From contig JNEM01008672.1 of NCBI GenBank assembly GCA_000697335.1, positions 1 to 44,401 of the forward strand: DNA of 44,401 nucleotides, in the 5' to 3' direction. Positions 26,234 through 39,784 of the stretch are shown here, piece after piece. The notes beneath the pieces are model-generated. The model was not told where the DNA came from and did not search any database. It saw nothing but the letters and a program-made list of their open reading frames with translations. How positions within the stretch are numbered: the first letter of the stretch is position 1; every line of letters begins with the position of its first letter. This stretch comes from Conidiobolus incongruus B7586. Its lineage: Eukaryota. The position numbers were made by a program, and so were the translations under genes.

Positions 26234-29200
26234 ATGGATGACTATTCAATCCCCTACATCCAACATGTCTTGCCGCTAGTATCCCTAATAGGTCTTGATC
26301 CCGATATTGATCCGAAATCTACAATCAATCCATCATACACGGCTCAGAAGGTAGACGTCACTAAAAAAATCATCGAAGCTTGGGGTGTTGATGACGGACC
26401 TGCACTGTGGCATCTTTCTGCAATTCCAAATACAGCGCCATTGACTTCTAATTCGAGTATTTTGCAAAATTGTAGGGAGAAATTTTTCGAGAAAGGTGAC
26501 CAAGCTATTCAGAAGGGTACTCATAACTTGTTTAAGGTTATTACTCAGCCCAAAGTAAAATTAATTAATTTAGTACGTTTTATGGTTTTTTTATTGAATA
26601 TAATATAGGTTATATTACCCACCAAAAAGACGAGTCAATCTCCTGGAACTTCTTCGTCACTTTCCCCTAACAATCAGGCGTCACCCCTATTTCCAGATGG
26701 CGTTATGACACCGTTGTGGTGCTCCAAGCACCAGAACGAGTCGCCAGCAGTGTATATTATGTTCTTCGATTTGTGGAAATTTGACCAGGGTAATGACCAA
26801 ACCGACGAGAATAAATTACACCATATCTTAAATCAGAGTTCGGTTCAAAATACTGTGAGGGAGAAGGATAGTGCGTTAGCAATGACTATTTCTGAATACA
26901 GGTATTATTACAATTATACTTTGAAGCTAATTATATTGATACTCAGTTGATTTCAGAAAATCTATGAATGAAAGAGGCATCAAACTTATTGCAGTATTCT
27001 GGAACCTAAATAACCAAGGTAAACTATAAAATTATTCCAATATTGATAATTTCCTAATATTTTAATAAAAATAGATGATTTCGTTGAGGATAGATTATTA
27101 CATATTAGAAGAACTTCCGGTTTAGATCCCAAAACAGGATTCTTTATTTTGGATGACGAAGCTGCTAGGAGACTTCCAGAATTTATTCACAGGTTTTAAT
27201 CATATCAACATATTCACATCGTTACATTCACTAACCAGCAATTAGTATTCAAAAATCCATGGCTGAATCATGTATGAATTATTATCGCGAAAGGTACAAA
27301 ATAGTTAAGAAGAAGTACTCGCGCCTCAATCACTTACCTAGTCCCCTCCCCGAGAATGGTTTACCTATATTGGGATGGGCCGCTCGCTACGAATTTAAAT
27401 TGGCGACCTTTGCGGCATTTCGGCAGGATTTTGAATTGGCTGTCAAGTAATTTGATGAGATTATTTAGTGAGCTCTGATTAATTTAGTCTTTAGACATTA
27501 CGAAAGTTGTTATTTCAGTTTGATAGAAATGTTAATCAAATTGGAGTTGAATACATCCAAGAAGAAGAGGTGGATGGAGATTTTGGCATTTTTGGATTGT
27601 TTGAGTTTGAACGTAATTTTATTTTATAAACTGTCTATTATTATTTTATTTATCTTGGTTTAGATCAATCGCTTAATGTTATATTTGGAATCTCCTCAAT
27701 TGTCTTTAATCCAGATGAAGAGACACCTCTTCTATGGGAAATCCTTAAGGCTATCGAAAGTGAGTGGTTTGGGTTTGCATGATCATGAATATTCGGAATG
27801 GGAATACTCTCAGTAATTCAATTTCATCATTCCATAGTTATGATATTGATATGGTTTCTTAGGTATTTCGCATTTGCCGAACTACTCGACTGTGGTATCA
27901 AATTTGGAGTGAAATTCAATCTTACCAATTTGAGTGCGTCGTCCCAATCCCAGTATAAAACTATCGCAATGACATCTAATTTATTATTGCACGGATCTCC
28001 CGTTAAAAACAGAATTGGGGAAACTAAAATTACAACGCACTCGGGTTCCACTTTCCAGTTTTCTTCAGAGGCTAAGAATAATTCACCAAATAATTCAGGT
28101 ATTTATCAGTATGACGATGTGAACCCAATTTCGATCGTTCAACATCCTGGTTACTATTATTATCAAGCTGCTGAGTGTTTGATTAATCAAATGCATCAAC
28201 ATAAATCATATCTCCAAGATGTAAATTTCAGATTCATTTAAAACTATTTTACAACCTAACAATTATTATTTAGGAAAACACTAATCAAATCCAAAGCTCA
28301 GAAGGACAAGAATCTGAGGAAACGTTAGCCAAAACCACAACTACTATTATTGAAGTACTATCCAAAAGTTACGAACAGTTCAAAAAATATCGTGGTCATC
28401 GCATGACTTTATTAGTTGCTTCCAAAATTGCAGAAACTTATTTAAATTCTGGAAAATATGAATTAGCTTCTAAGTATATTACTTATGACATTTTTTTAAT
28501 TATTTGATATTAATGCTTGAATTAGATTCTACGAAAGAATAGCTAAAAGTTACCGTAAAGAATCTTGGCCCAATTTACTACAGACCATACTCTTGAACTC
28601 TTTAACTTGTGCTAAAAATTTGGAGAATTCTGAGGAGTGGTTCTTACTAAATTCGTTTGAATTGTTGTCGCCTAACTTTGCGTTAAATGACGATCAGCAT
28701 CAGAGTATTGTTGGAGGGATTAGTGAGAAGTTAAATGTAATCCTTTTTGTATAGTGTTTGATGATGTTTAAATACTAATTTCATGTTTAGGAATCCGCCA
28801 TACAACCAAGTGCTGAAATATCCAACTCTATTCCCAAGACCGTAGTAATCGATATCGACAATCCCAAATCGTCATTCATCTACTTCAACGCCATATTCGA
28901 TCCCAGCCCAAGCGACACCCATTTGGGCTTCAAACTTCAACTACAAATCAACGTGGCCAAAAGTCGCACCGACATTAGCTTCAATTTAAATTTCATTAAA
29001 GTGTCGTTCAAAGACTCCCAATTTGATTTCCAGTTCCAGCATGATGATACTGTTTTGGTCAAAGCCATTGATTCCAATTTGAATGGCGACCAAGTTTGTT
29101 TCATTCAGCACCCATACAAAGACACTGAAAATGGATCAATTAATCATGAAGATAATACGCTGCGTATTATTCCAACCAATTTGGAATTGAATTGGAAGGG

Positions 29201-31243
29201 ATGTGTCAAAATTTTGGAGACTACTTTACTTCCTGGTGATGCCGAATTCCTCGAGGTAAATTAATATTTTAAATATAAAATTTCTAACTAATTGGATATA
29301 GATTACTTCGATTCATGGATCCATATCCAATACCAACTACCAAATCATTTTCAAACAAAAGTTGCCAGATATCAGCCTTTCGGGACTTTCTAATTTAAGT
29401 GGGTTGAAAGATCAAGTGCAGTATACGGGATTAGACACTCTGCAAAATGGTTTAAATGCTTTGAGCTTGGGTTATAGTTCATCGAAGTGGCTGTCCCATT
29501 CCGAAGGTAATCTCCCCAACCATGTTATTTCTTTTAAATATTAATCCAGTGTTTAGATCAAGGATTAAAATTCCAAAGATCCAGAGATATTGGAACTCGT
29601 CACACTATCAAGTAACTCCAACAATTCCTCTTTATCACAATTCATCTCATCCCACTATTTTAGAATCCAAAAGCCTGAATCTTTACTAAAATTGGAATTT
29701 TTGTCCCCTACTCAATGTTTTTTGGACGAGGCTAACAATTCAACAATTAATATTACTAATGATCATAAAGATGAAATTGAAATTGAAATGTATGTTTCTA
29801 TATTAAATCCTAGTTCAGGTACTTACATATATATATATATATCAACTAATGATCAATTATTCATTTGATTTGTAGATGATAGACTTTTAGCAAGTGACCA
29901 ATACGAAATGATATCGAAAGATTTGATTAAATTTAATATCGCATCAATCCAGCCTAGCGAATCTTATGAGCAGAATTTCAATTTTGTGTTTAGGGAATTT
30001 GAGGGTGAGAGACAATTGTCGGCAACTGTAAGACAACAAATTACATTATATTATTATCAATATATATTAATTTTGCCTAGGTTATTTATCGCAAACTAAG
30101 TAATTCGTCATTCACCAAATTACAAGTAGAACAATCTTGTACATTTACCATTTTGAAACCTTTCAATGTTCAATTTCAATTCTTGCCACAATTCGGCATC
30201 AAATCATGCACAGACAATGCTTCTGAGAATGGTGATATTGACACAATAATCAAATCCATCGCACCCAATTTGAATATGGCCAGAGAGTATCTGATGCTTG
30301 CGAACATCTCTGGACCTGAAGATATTGATACCGAAATTGAAGAAATTCAATGGATTGAACAAGTAATACATTGTTTTAATATACAGATACAAAGCTTAAC
30401 TATTTTTTTAGAATGAAAAAATCATTAATGACAGATATCAAATTGAAGTGGTAGAATCTGGAAATTCTTTTAAGAAACAAGGTAAACCCTATTATTTATT
30501 CTATTAAATTTTTATTGATTTTTGGTTAGTGCTTCATTCTAATTTTCCATTGTCCATACAGAATTTAATTAAAATCCAACTGAAGCACTCTGCTTTAGAT
30601 TTTGATCTAGTCTCCAATAATCATTGGAATGATGGTGAAGAATCAGTTCGCAGGGGGTGGAAAGTCGATTTTCAGAAATTGAAAATTGTTTGGAGGAGGT
30701 AATTCAAGTTGTATTTTTTAAGATGTATATTAATTTAGAAATAGAATTGATTCTAAAGATAAAGAGCCCAATTTCACCTATATTAACATTCCATCATTAT
30801 TTATACCCAACTATAAGATTGAAGTGAATATTGGTAATTATATTAGATCAAAAAACTATTTTATTTCTAACTATCAATTAGAGTTACCCAACCAAGTCTT
30901 CGAAAATCAACACTTCTCTATCAAGTATCAAATTCAAAATCTCACAAGCTTTACCCAAGAACTATCTGCAAGCTTTGACTTTAACAATATTCCTTTAGTG
31001 TTTTCTGGATACAAGACCAAATCATTGCTGTGTCTGCCATACTCCAAAAATGTCCTATATATCACCTGTCATCCGCTGACCTATGGCCGCATCTTCCTGC
31101 CGCAACTCATCCTTGAGGAGGGCAAAACCCACAATCAGAGCGGAAGCAGTGGTCATGCGGACTTGGATGTGGATAGAGATATCGATTGGGGATGGGATCA
31201 GAAGACTACGTACTTGATGGTATTACCCGATCATTCTTCATAA
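26234..31243 (+). CDS. TRAPPC11: TRAPP III subunit TRAPPC11 (Foie gras/Gryzun), many introns
   Basis: MDDYSIPYIQHVLPLVSLIGL, SPLFPDGVMTPLWCSKHQ, GWAARYEFKLATFAAFRQD, QHPGYYYYQAA, IIEVLSKSYEQFKK, FYERIAKSYRKESW, and C-terminal LVFSGYK..CHPLTYGRIFLPQL. Exons join via short GT-AG introns. Confidence 0.9.
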
Positions 31244-31340
31244 ACTAATTAAAATAATATTATGATTTATTTAACAATAATAAAAGAAACCATCTAAAAC
31301 CAAATTTTTTATTATTTTAATACAATTTAAAATCATACTA

Positions 31341-31827
31341 CTATTGAGCCAAACTATTCAATTTCAATTTAACAGATTTTGGCAAAAATCTAGACCACGT
31401 CTTGAGTATCATATATGTAAAAAATTGTCGTTTTCCCGCCAATGCCCCCAAAGCGAATAGCATTAGAGAGTAGGTTGGTAGGCCGAAAAAGATATAGCCG
31501 AGGCGATAAGTCCAGGGACCTTCTTTTAAACTGGCTAAATTTGAGATTAGTTTTAGTTATGTTATTAGTATTTTTAAAGTGAAATGAATTACCTTTTTCA
31601 TCGAACATGGACTTGAGTAAAGGTCGCGTTATCAGTAAGGAACTGGAGCCAGTTACGGCGAACACTGTCATAACAATAATCACATCTTTGAACCAAAGAA
31701 TACTCTTCGGAGGGTGTTGGGACACTCTGCTCCAAAACGATGTGGAAAATGTTGATTTTTGAACTAAGTTATGTCTTAAGGAATTGTTAATTAAAGTGGG
31801 ATGGAATCTAATTGGTGGTCTAATCAT
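31341..31827 (-). CDS. Small 2-TM protein, DUF6787-like, probable mitochondrial presequence; intron 31535-31592
   Basis: Spliced product: ...DVIIVMTVFAVTGSSSLLITRPLLKSMFDEK/ASLKEGPWTYRLGYIFFGLPTYSLMLFALGALAGKRQFFTYMILKTWSRFLPKSVKLKLNSLAQ*. The N-terminus is Arg/Ser/Thr-rich with no acidic residues. Confidence 0.7.
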
Positions 31828-32108
31828 CTTTGTTATTTTAAAATATACTTTTAATAATTATTAATTAATAATAATAATTTTTAATATATTGTTAGTTTTT
31901 TTAAAAAGAAAATAATAAAGAGTAAGTTACAATATTATAATCCTTAATATAGTGTAACTAATCAATTATTAATATCCTCTTACTTCCTACGAGTTGTGGG
32001 TAATAAAATTAAACAAAATTCCCACAAATTTTTTATTTAATTGATTAAACATTAATAGGAGTGTTGTTATGTGGGGTTCATTTTATATGCATTACTAATT
32101 TGTTAAAA

Positions 32109-32913
32109 ATGTCGTCAGTATCAAAAAAGAAATTTGCGGTGGTATGCTCGAGTAATCAGAATAGAAGTATGGAAGCTCATAATGAATTACAGTAAACATC
32201 ATCTAATTTATATAATAAGCACTTTTAATTTACAAATTATTTAGAAAGAGAGGCTTCTATGTCGACAGTTATGGAACTGGAAATTCGGTACGTTTACCGG
32301 GACCCGACCCCTACACCCCCAATATTTATCCATTTGGAACTCCTTATGAAGTCATGTATCAAGATTTGATGAATAAAAACCCCCAATTGTATTATATAAT
32401 CAATATATATTAGAACATTATATTAATGTTATTGGATAGATACACTGCGAATAAACTCTTGCCAATGTTGGAGAGGAATAAGCAGGTGAAGAAGGCTCCT
32501 GAAAGATTTCAGGATAGTTTTAACAGTTATTATGATGTGATTTTTACTTGTGAGGAGAGGTGTTTTGATATCGTTTGTGAGGGTAATTCACACAGTTTGT
32601 AATTTAGCTCGAGTATTTGATTTTTGTGATTTATAGATTTGGTTAATCGAGGAGCCAGACGTAATCGTCCTGTTCATATTATTAATGTCGATATTAAAGA
32701 TACTCACGAACATGCTGTCAAAGGCGGTCAATCTATAGTTGAGATGTGTATGCAGGTACTATCACTAAACATATATTATTTAAAACTTCACTAATGTCAA
32801 ATTTTTTATAGATATCCAAATTAAAAGATTTCCACCAAGAATTACCAGGCATGGTAGAATTCTTTGAAGATAAGGGACCTCATCCCCTATTGTATACTTT
32901 GAGTTATTATTAA
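32109..32913 (+). CDS. SSU72: RNA polymerase II CTD phosphatase Ssu72, 4 introns (absent from ORF track)
   Basis: FAVVCSSNQNRSMEAH (CX5R), SYGTGNSVRLPGP, NIYPFGTPY, MLERNKQVKKAPERFQ, FTCEERCFD, VHIINVDIKDTHE, LLYTLSYY*. Confidence 0.97.
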
Positions 32914-33361
32914 TTGTATCTTTTTTCAAATACTTGACGTCATTTAATTAATATTGATTATTATTGAAATAAACTTGAGTGTGTAAATTATTAATGATAT
33001 TAATATCAAGCATTGTTTTTTGTACATATTATGTGTTTTTATTAAACCATATGGTAGCAAACTACTAAATTCATTTATGCATATTCCATAAAAATTAGAA
33101 TAGATAATTTTCAACTGAAAATGAACAATATTTATAATATCAGAGGTTTAATCAATTATTAAAAAACTAAATATGACATTATTTATATTAATAATCTATC
33201 TATAATATTTTGGATTTGGTATCTACTGAGAAAAAATTCTTTCAAAGTAATATAAGGATTTGTCAAAATATTAAATTTAGATTTAAAATAATATTTTACA
33301 TAAAAATAAAATGGATATGTTTGATAATTAGGAGTGAGATCGCTAATATATAATATATATA

Positions 33362-33891
33362 CTATTGAGAGTGTTGACAATTATCGTGGCAAGCTAAATA
33401 AAAATATTAGTAATAAGAAATTAGAAAATAAATAATAAAATTACATTTTGGTTTATATCTTGGAGCTCTCTCATAAGCATTAGGACTACCAATATTTCTA
33501 CCTCGATACGTCTGTTCGTTAGAACTATCATCACTGTCGGTTTCATCACTATCCGACTCGCCAACAGGTCGAGGTTTGTGATAAATACAGCAAACTAAAA
33601 ACGAACAGGTATTAATAATCACTAAAAATATATTTTAAAATTCAAATTACTCTTAGACTTCTTTTTACCCATCCCTTCGTTATCAATGACATTTTGGTCC
33701 CAACGGATTCTCCTATTTTCGCTTGCATCGGGAGCTCCAGTCAAATGAATTCTGCCGACTGGGGAAGCTGGGTTATGAGAGTTATTAGGATTATCAGAAC
33801 CTTCAAATTCTGAAAAATTCTCAGTTATTGTTAAAGTTCTCGAACCGTGTCTAGCTGATTCTTGATAATTTCTATTTGTTAACTGGCTCAT
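33362..33891 (-). CDS. YPI1: Protein phosphatase 1 regulator Ypi1/Inhibitor-3 (PPP1R11), 2 introns
   Basis: GSRTLTI, RVxF-type RRIRWDQNVIDNEGMGKKKSK/VCCIYHKPR, ESDSDE, SPNAYERAPRY. The last exon encodes SCHDNCQHSQ*. Confidence 0.93.
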
Positions 33892-34264
33892 TATTATTTG
33901 TTAGGATTATTATTAAAATTAAATTATAAATTTTATGAACAAATTCAAAATCAACAAAGAGAATTAAATTGAATTAATATTATATTTAAGTGATTAGATG
34001 ATTTCATAGAGGGCTTTATTTAATCTTTCCTTATTTAATTTCCTAAATTAGTGTTATTCAGTATTGTTCAATGATTGATTTTTGAATGTTAGTTTTGAAC
34101 CTAAAAATTTAGATTGTATTAATATGAAAAGTTATATGAAAAATGTGTGACTATGGTTTGAAAAAGATGGTTTATCAATAAGTATAATAGTTTATTGAGT
34201 TCTAATTCTTTATTTTTAAAATTAAATAAACAGATAATTACTAATCATTTTACTAGCAACAAAA

Positions 34265-34666
34265 CCACTGAAATATGATTAAATGATGTCGAATTCATAT
34301 TAATGATTCTCAGGTTTAATAATTTTAGTTTCTGTATCCAAATAATTAAAAGTTCTCTTAATACCACAATAAGGACCAGGTAGATGATATTCAACATAAC
34401 TACACTGATTTTGAACACTCAATGCAAATCCTTGGTCTTCATTGATATTTTCCCGAACAGTTGCTTTACATAATGCAGTTTTAGCAGCTTGATTGACGTA
34501 GTAATACATACCCAAAGGAAAATGAAACTGACCGTGCGCCATTCCACTCAAAGGATCGCCATGTTTTCTGCCACAAACACAACAATGAGACTTCGAATCA
34601 CAATATTCTTTACAGCTCTCATAACATTCATGAGATAAAAATGTATTATCGTCAATTTTCAAGAAG
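34265..34666. repeat. 402-bp direct repeat, copy 1 (identical to 36192-36593)
   Basis: Identical by eye at offset 1927. The identical C-terminal translations in the ORF track agree. Confidence 0.93.
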
Positions 34667-35085
34667 GAGGGGCCTGTCTCCTCACAGTATATCTTCCTAA
34701 ACCTTCTAATATGAATAGGGTACGTATCCTTCTGACCGTTATTAAAGCATTTTCGATTTTCACAAAATTTAACGACATTATCAGGGGGATTATCGCTATG
34801 GATAAAACAAGAATTTTTTCTTAAAGTAGTGATAATGTAAGCGAAATTGGTATTACGATTGATCGGTACCATCACTTCGCAATCCTTGTTTATCACTTCG
34901 TAATTATGAGGACTGTAGTAAGATACCATAAATATAAATCTCTCGAAATATAGAGCTAACAAAAATATAGCTATGTATAGTATCTTATTGTTGATTTTGA
35001 TCAGTATAAATGACAAAGCTAAACCATAAAATGCAATAACTTTAAGGGTTAGAGGAATGTTGATATTAGAATAATCTATTTGCAT
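34300..35085 (-). CDS. Cys-rich membrane-anchored protein, divergent GT31 (galactosyltransferase/Fringe)-like, intronless
   Basis: ATG at 35085 and an N-terminal hydrophobic region. FLKIDDNTFL resembles the GT31 FxKxDDDxF motif; FPLGMYYYVNQAA and EDQGFALSV resemble the GxxYxxS and EDV-x-x-G motifs. Confidence 0.55.
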   Translation of the reverse strand: MQIDYSNINIPLTLKVIAFYGLALSFILIKINNKILYIAIFLLALYFERFIFMVSYYSPHNYEVINKDCEVMVPINRNTNFAYIITTLRKNSCFIHSDNPPDNVVKFCENRKCFNNGQKDTYPIHIRRFRKIYCEETGPSFLKIDDNTFLSHECYESCKEYCDSKSHCCVCGRKHGDPLSGMAHGQFHFPLGMYYYVNQAAKTALCKATVRENINEDQGFALSVQNQCSYVEYHLPGPYCGIKRTFNYLDTETKIIKPENH

Positions 35086-36191
35086 TGTAGTTATTATAAT
35101 AAAAAATTGAAATGAAAATATATTGAACAAAGTAATTATATACAAATATATATTTTAATTTTAAATTCAAATATACGAACTTTAAAATACTTTTCTAATA
35201 ATTAACTAAGTTAAATATTATAGTTTAACAAATCTTATTATAAAACAAGATTTAACCCATAAAAAACAAATATCATATATCATTTTATTTAAAGTATTCT
35301 GTAATACAATCTGTTGACTTTGTTAAGATTCTCACTCAAATTCCAATTGGTCTATTCAATATCAAATTTAAAAACTATAGATTATTTCCCAATAATATTA
35401 AACTTTGGAATTTTATAAAAAATATGTTTAATACTAAAAACTATAGTAATTAAATATTCTTATAAAAAATATTCTGTTAGAGTAACCAATTATCTGATAT
35501 AATTGGAGTAACCTTAAGAACAGAATAAATAAAAAAGGGTGTGAATTATAGAAAGTCCAACCTAATAATCCTGTCCAGAAAATCTAATTATATCAACAAG
35601 ACATTAATTGTGAAAAAATATGGATATTATTTCAAATAAATGAAATTTATGTTTATAATGAAATGTATAATAAATGTATTTAGTATTACTTAACATTACT
35701 ATAATTACATCAAAGTTACTATTTTTATGATAAGTCAAATAAATAATTTTTAATGTGTAATTTAGCTTTTTCTATATTGAAGTCATTTAATTTTATGATA
35801 CTTCAAAAAAAAAATAAACCTTAAATAAGATATATGCTATATCTAGATTACAAAATTGATTTTTAGAAATCTGTAACGAGTGTTGGGTTAGATCTAATAT
35901 AAATCATAATGTACTATAATTTCTAAGTACCCAACCAAGCATTAAACAATATAATAAATTTTTTAAAATTAACAAACCCTTTCAACAATTCTAATAAAAT
36001 AGAGATATAATGAATTTTTAGGTAACATATGAAAAATGTAATTTTTTCGATAAAATAGTAAAATTTAAGTTATTGTTTACTATATTGGATATATTTTCAA
36101 CTAATTATTTATTATAATGTTCTAATATTTTCATTAATTTTGTCAACATAGAGTTGATGGAAATTTCTAAATTATTTTACAAGTAATTAAC

Positions 36192-36593
36192 CCACTGAAA
36201 TATGATTAAATGATGTCGAATTCATATTAATGATTCTCAGGTTTAATAATTTTAGTTTCTGTATCCAAATAATTAAAAGTTCTCTTAATACCACAATAAG
36301 GACCAGGTAGATGATATTCAACATAACTACACTGATTTTGAACACTCAATGCAAATCCTTGGTCTTCATTGATATTTTCCCGAACAGTTGCTTTACATAA
36401 TGCAGTTTTAGCAGCTTGATTGACGTAGTAATACATACCCAAAGGAAAATGAAACTGACCGTGCGCCATTCCACTCAAAGGATCGCCATGTTTTCTGCCA
36501 CAAACACAACAATGAGACTTCGAATCACAATATTCTTTACAGCTCTCATAACATTCATGAGATAAAAATGTATTATCGTCAATTTTCAAGAAG
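36192..36593. repeat. 402-bp direct repeat, copy 2
   Basis: Identical to 34265-34666, including ~35 nt beyond the stop codon. Confidence 0.93.
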
Positions 36594-37009
36594 AGACTTG
36601 TCTCCGCGCAATAAATCTTCTAAAATCTCTCGGTCGCGAGGTGGTATGTATACACCTACCCATTGCTAAAACATTTGCAATTCTCGAAGAATTTGACAAG
36701 GTTATTAGGAGGATTGTCGCTATGAATAAACAAATGATTTTTTCTTAAAGTAGTGATAATGTAGGCGAAATTGGTATTACGATTGATCGATACTATCACC
36801 TAGCAGTCCAAGTTTTTTCCGTTTCAACACTTGGGAATATTATAAGATATGATGAAAACGAGCCGCTGGAAATATAATGCTAGGAGGAATATGGCGATAT
36901 ATAGTAGGTTATTTTTGATTCTTATGAGCTCAAAAATTGAGCTAAGTTATAGAATGCAATCGCTTTAAGTGTTAGAGAAATATTGGCATTTCAATAAATC
37001 TATAAGCAT
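36227..37009 (-). pseudogene. Tandem paralog of the 34300-35085 gene with a disrupted 5' half
   Basis: Homologous ATG at 37009. In-frame TAGs at 36800-36802, 36656-36658 and 36620-36622, plus 5' frameshifts. INRNTNFAYIITTLRKN is retained. Confidence 0.88.
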
Positions 37010-39214
37010 TATGTTTATAACGAAAGATTAAAATGAAAAATTGATGACTGCAGCTGTTATTTCTACCCTTTCAATCATTGTTTCAACTTTTAACTAATAT
37101 TTATGAGCACTTTTGAATACAAGTTCATCTTGAGTGTATCAAGTGAATTGATAAATCAATTATAGAATCTAGACAATATTCAAATTAATATCAATAGAAC
37201 ATTAATATTATTTGCATCATATTTAATTATAAGTAAATCCACAAATTTATTATAAGTATAAAATCGATATTCTTTACTTTACTATATATTTATTATATAA
37301 ATATTAGCATTATTTTTCAAACTATTTAGGATAGATATGATTTTGTTGAAAATTTTCAAAATTTTTTCAAATTGAATTTTACTGTAGAGAAATTTAAACT
37401 ATAACATACTGACATAATTTAAGTAGGACATTACTAATATTATAATTATGATATATTAGAATTTTATTTTTCAGCTAAAAATTTAAAATAAAGAGAAAAT
37501 ATTTTTGACAATTAAATGTTATATAATAGTTATATTTGGATCCAAATTGGTTATTCTTTGAAGCATACTGTTGAATATTTTTGAATTGTTTTTTCAATAT
37601 AAGTAAAAAAGCTTTGCACCATTTTCATTAATCTAATATGAGTATTTTGGAACGGTGATTAAATAGACTATGCAGCTATATTTAATCTGCACTTATCATT
37701 TGATTAAAAAGATTATCAAATTATTAATATCTAAAGAAATGGATTTTTATCTTTGTTAGTTAAAGACGGCTTTCATTAAATTTTATATACACACCTTGTA
37801 TTGAAGAATTCAATATTATATTGTTAGCTATCATATTCGTATTTTCTGAAGTTAGAATTTTCATTATATACTCTTTTTACCCTGATTAGATTTTTAGTCA
37901 AATTCAAAATTTGTTTAATTTTGTATTATATTTATCTAGTAAGTGCTAATAATATAAAATAGTTTAAAATACACTTGACTTTTAAATTACATTTAAAATT
38001 ATGTGCGATGCCGAAATTCATTTTAACTGATAACAACCTTATATTCCAATATTCTGTGAAAATATATAAATGCTGAATTATAGTAGGATTAAACCGAAAA
38101 TCAAAACAGGGTAAAATAATAAATTACTATGATAAACGGCTTTGATTTAATGAAACATATACAAAGCTAATGACAAAATAATAATTATATTTTCAATTTT
38201 TGAGAAAAAAACGTATACCATAGCATAATCGAATACCAGAGTCATTTAACTAAACATAAATAAAAAATTATAACATGATAAAATTCCTTTTTTGTGTTTA
38301 TTTTTTACTTTTCCCTATTTGGCATTTTAGAGTTAATTTGGAAATTCTATAAAAAAATCTTCAAGTTTTTTCCTTTATTTTTTTTAAAAAATGTCAATAT
38401 TTGGTTGTGAAAATATATTAAAATGAGAATGTAAAAATAATTAAAATGAAAAATTTATTTTTATCAGTTCAAGTACACAAATATATTAATGCTTAAAATT
38501 TTTTAGATTATTATGTATATGGTATATATTATGTTTATAGCATTCATCGAGTTAGAATTTGTGTAAAAATTAATTTAAGTGTGAAATACATAAATTTATA
38601 GGCAGAAATTTCAAATTTACAATTTTTTAGCTTATCTATTGGTGTATAATCCAAGCATAACATATATATATTTTTAATTTTCATATTATTTTGACACGTA
38701 ACCATGATATGATGAATGAAGTATAGGTATAATTAATTGTAGAACCAGACTGGTTAAATACAATGATTATTCCATCTAAAATATATTCTATATAATATCA
38801 CTATTTTTTATCATTAATTGAATTTATAGGATAATCATTATTTCAAAAGAGAATATAATTAAAAAGATATAAATATTTTTATCTGTAAGAAATCAAAATA
38901 CCAATAACGTTATAAATATTAATTACGCTTAAATTTTTATAAGCCCATATATATACATACTTTAAATACATTGTAAGCATTAGTTTTATACCTAAGCATA
39001 GTATCGAATTACTTATTATTATTTTAAATCTTATTTATAAATAATTTTGCATCAGTTTAATCAACTTAAAGTTTAAAAATTTATGTTATTTATAAGCCAC
39101 AATAATGAAAGCCTCAATTAAAAAATTAATAATTATTATATGGATAAAACAAATTATTTATTTAAAATTTTTTAAGGTATAGGAAATAATATATACAATA
39201 CTTTAAGTTAAAGT

Positions 39215-39472
39215 CTAATATTTTCCATAGTATTTGGGATGATACTTAGATGGGTTTTGATTTTTAGGTGCGTATGGAGACCGATCGTGAGTATACATGT
39301 AACTTTTGTTGGATTGGAATGGTGTTCTTCTAATTAGTAGCTGATTGGTATCATCTGTCATGATGGGCTTGAGGTTGGAGGGTAAGAAGGTGCCGCCATC
39401 TTCACTCATCGCCCCATTTTCAAATGGAATGGAATAATATAAACTGATTAACCAGCAATTAACAAGTCTCAT
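39215..39472 (-). other. Small ORF or relic exon of unknown identity
   Basis: 85-aa ORF, GC-richer than its flanks. The upstream frame is broken by a stop; no recognisable motif. Confidence 0.25.
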
Positions 39473-39784
39473 GGTATTATTAGTAACAAGAATATATTAT
39501 GTCGAATGTGATTTTATAGTCATTGGAGTATTTATACTCTGTATTGATATCGTCAATGAATTTAAATCAGTTTTAAAGGACTAAAAATGTCAATAGTTTA
39601 AGTTTCAAATGTGAATTTTGAAACTGAACTAACCAAATCAATTGAAATTGAATCAAAATATTTTGATAATTATGATTTATAACTCATTCCGATTGTTTGA
39701 AATCTTTTATTAGTCAATAATATAGTAATGATCATTTTTGATTAATAATATATTTGATTGTATCATATTGGTTAGTTTTATTTT

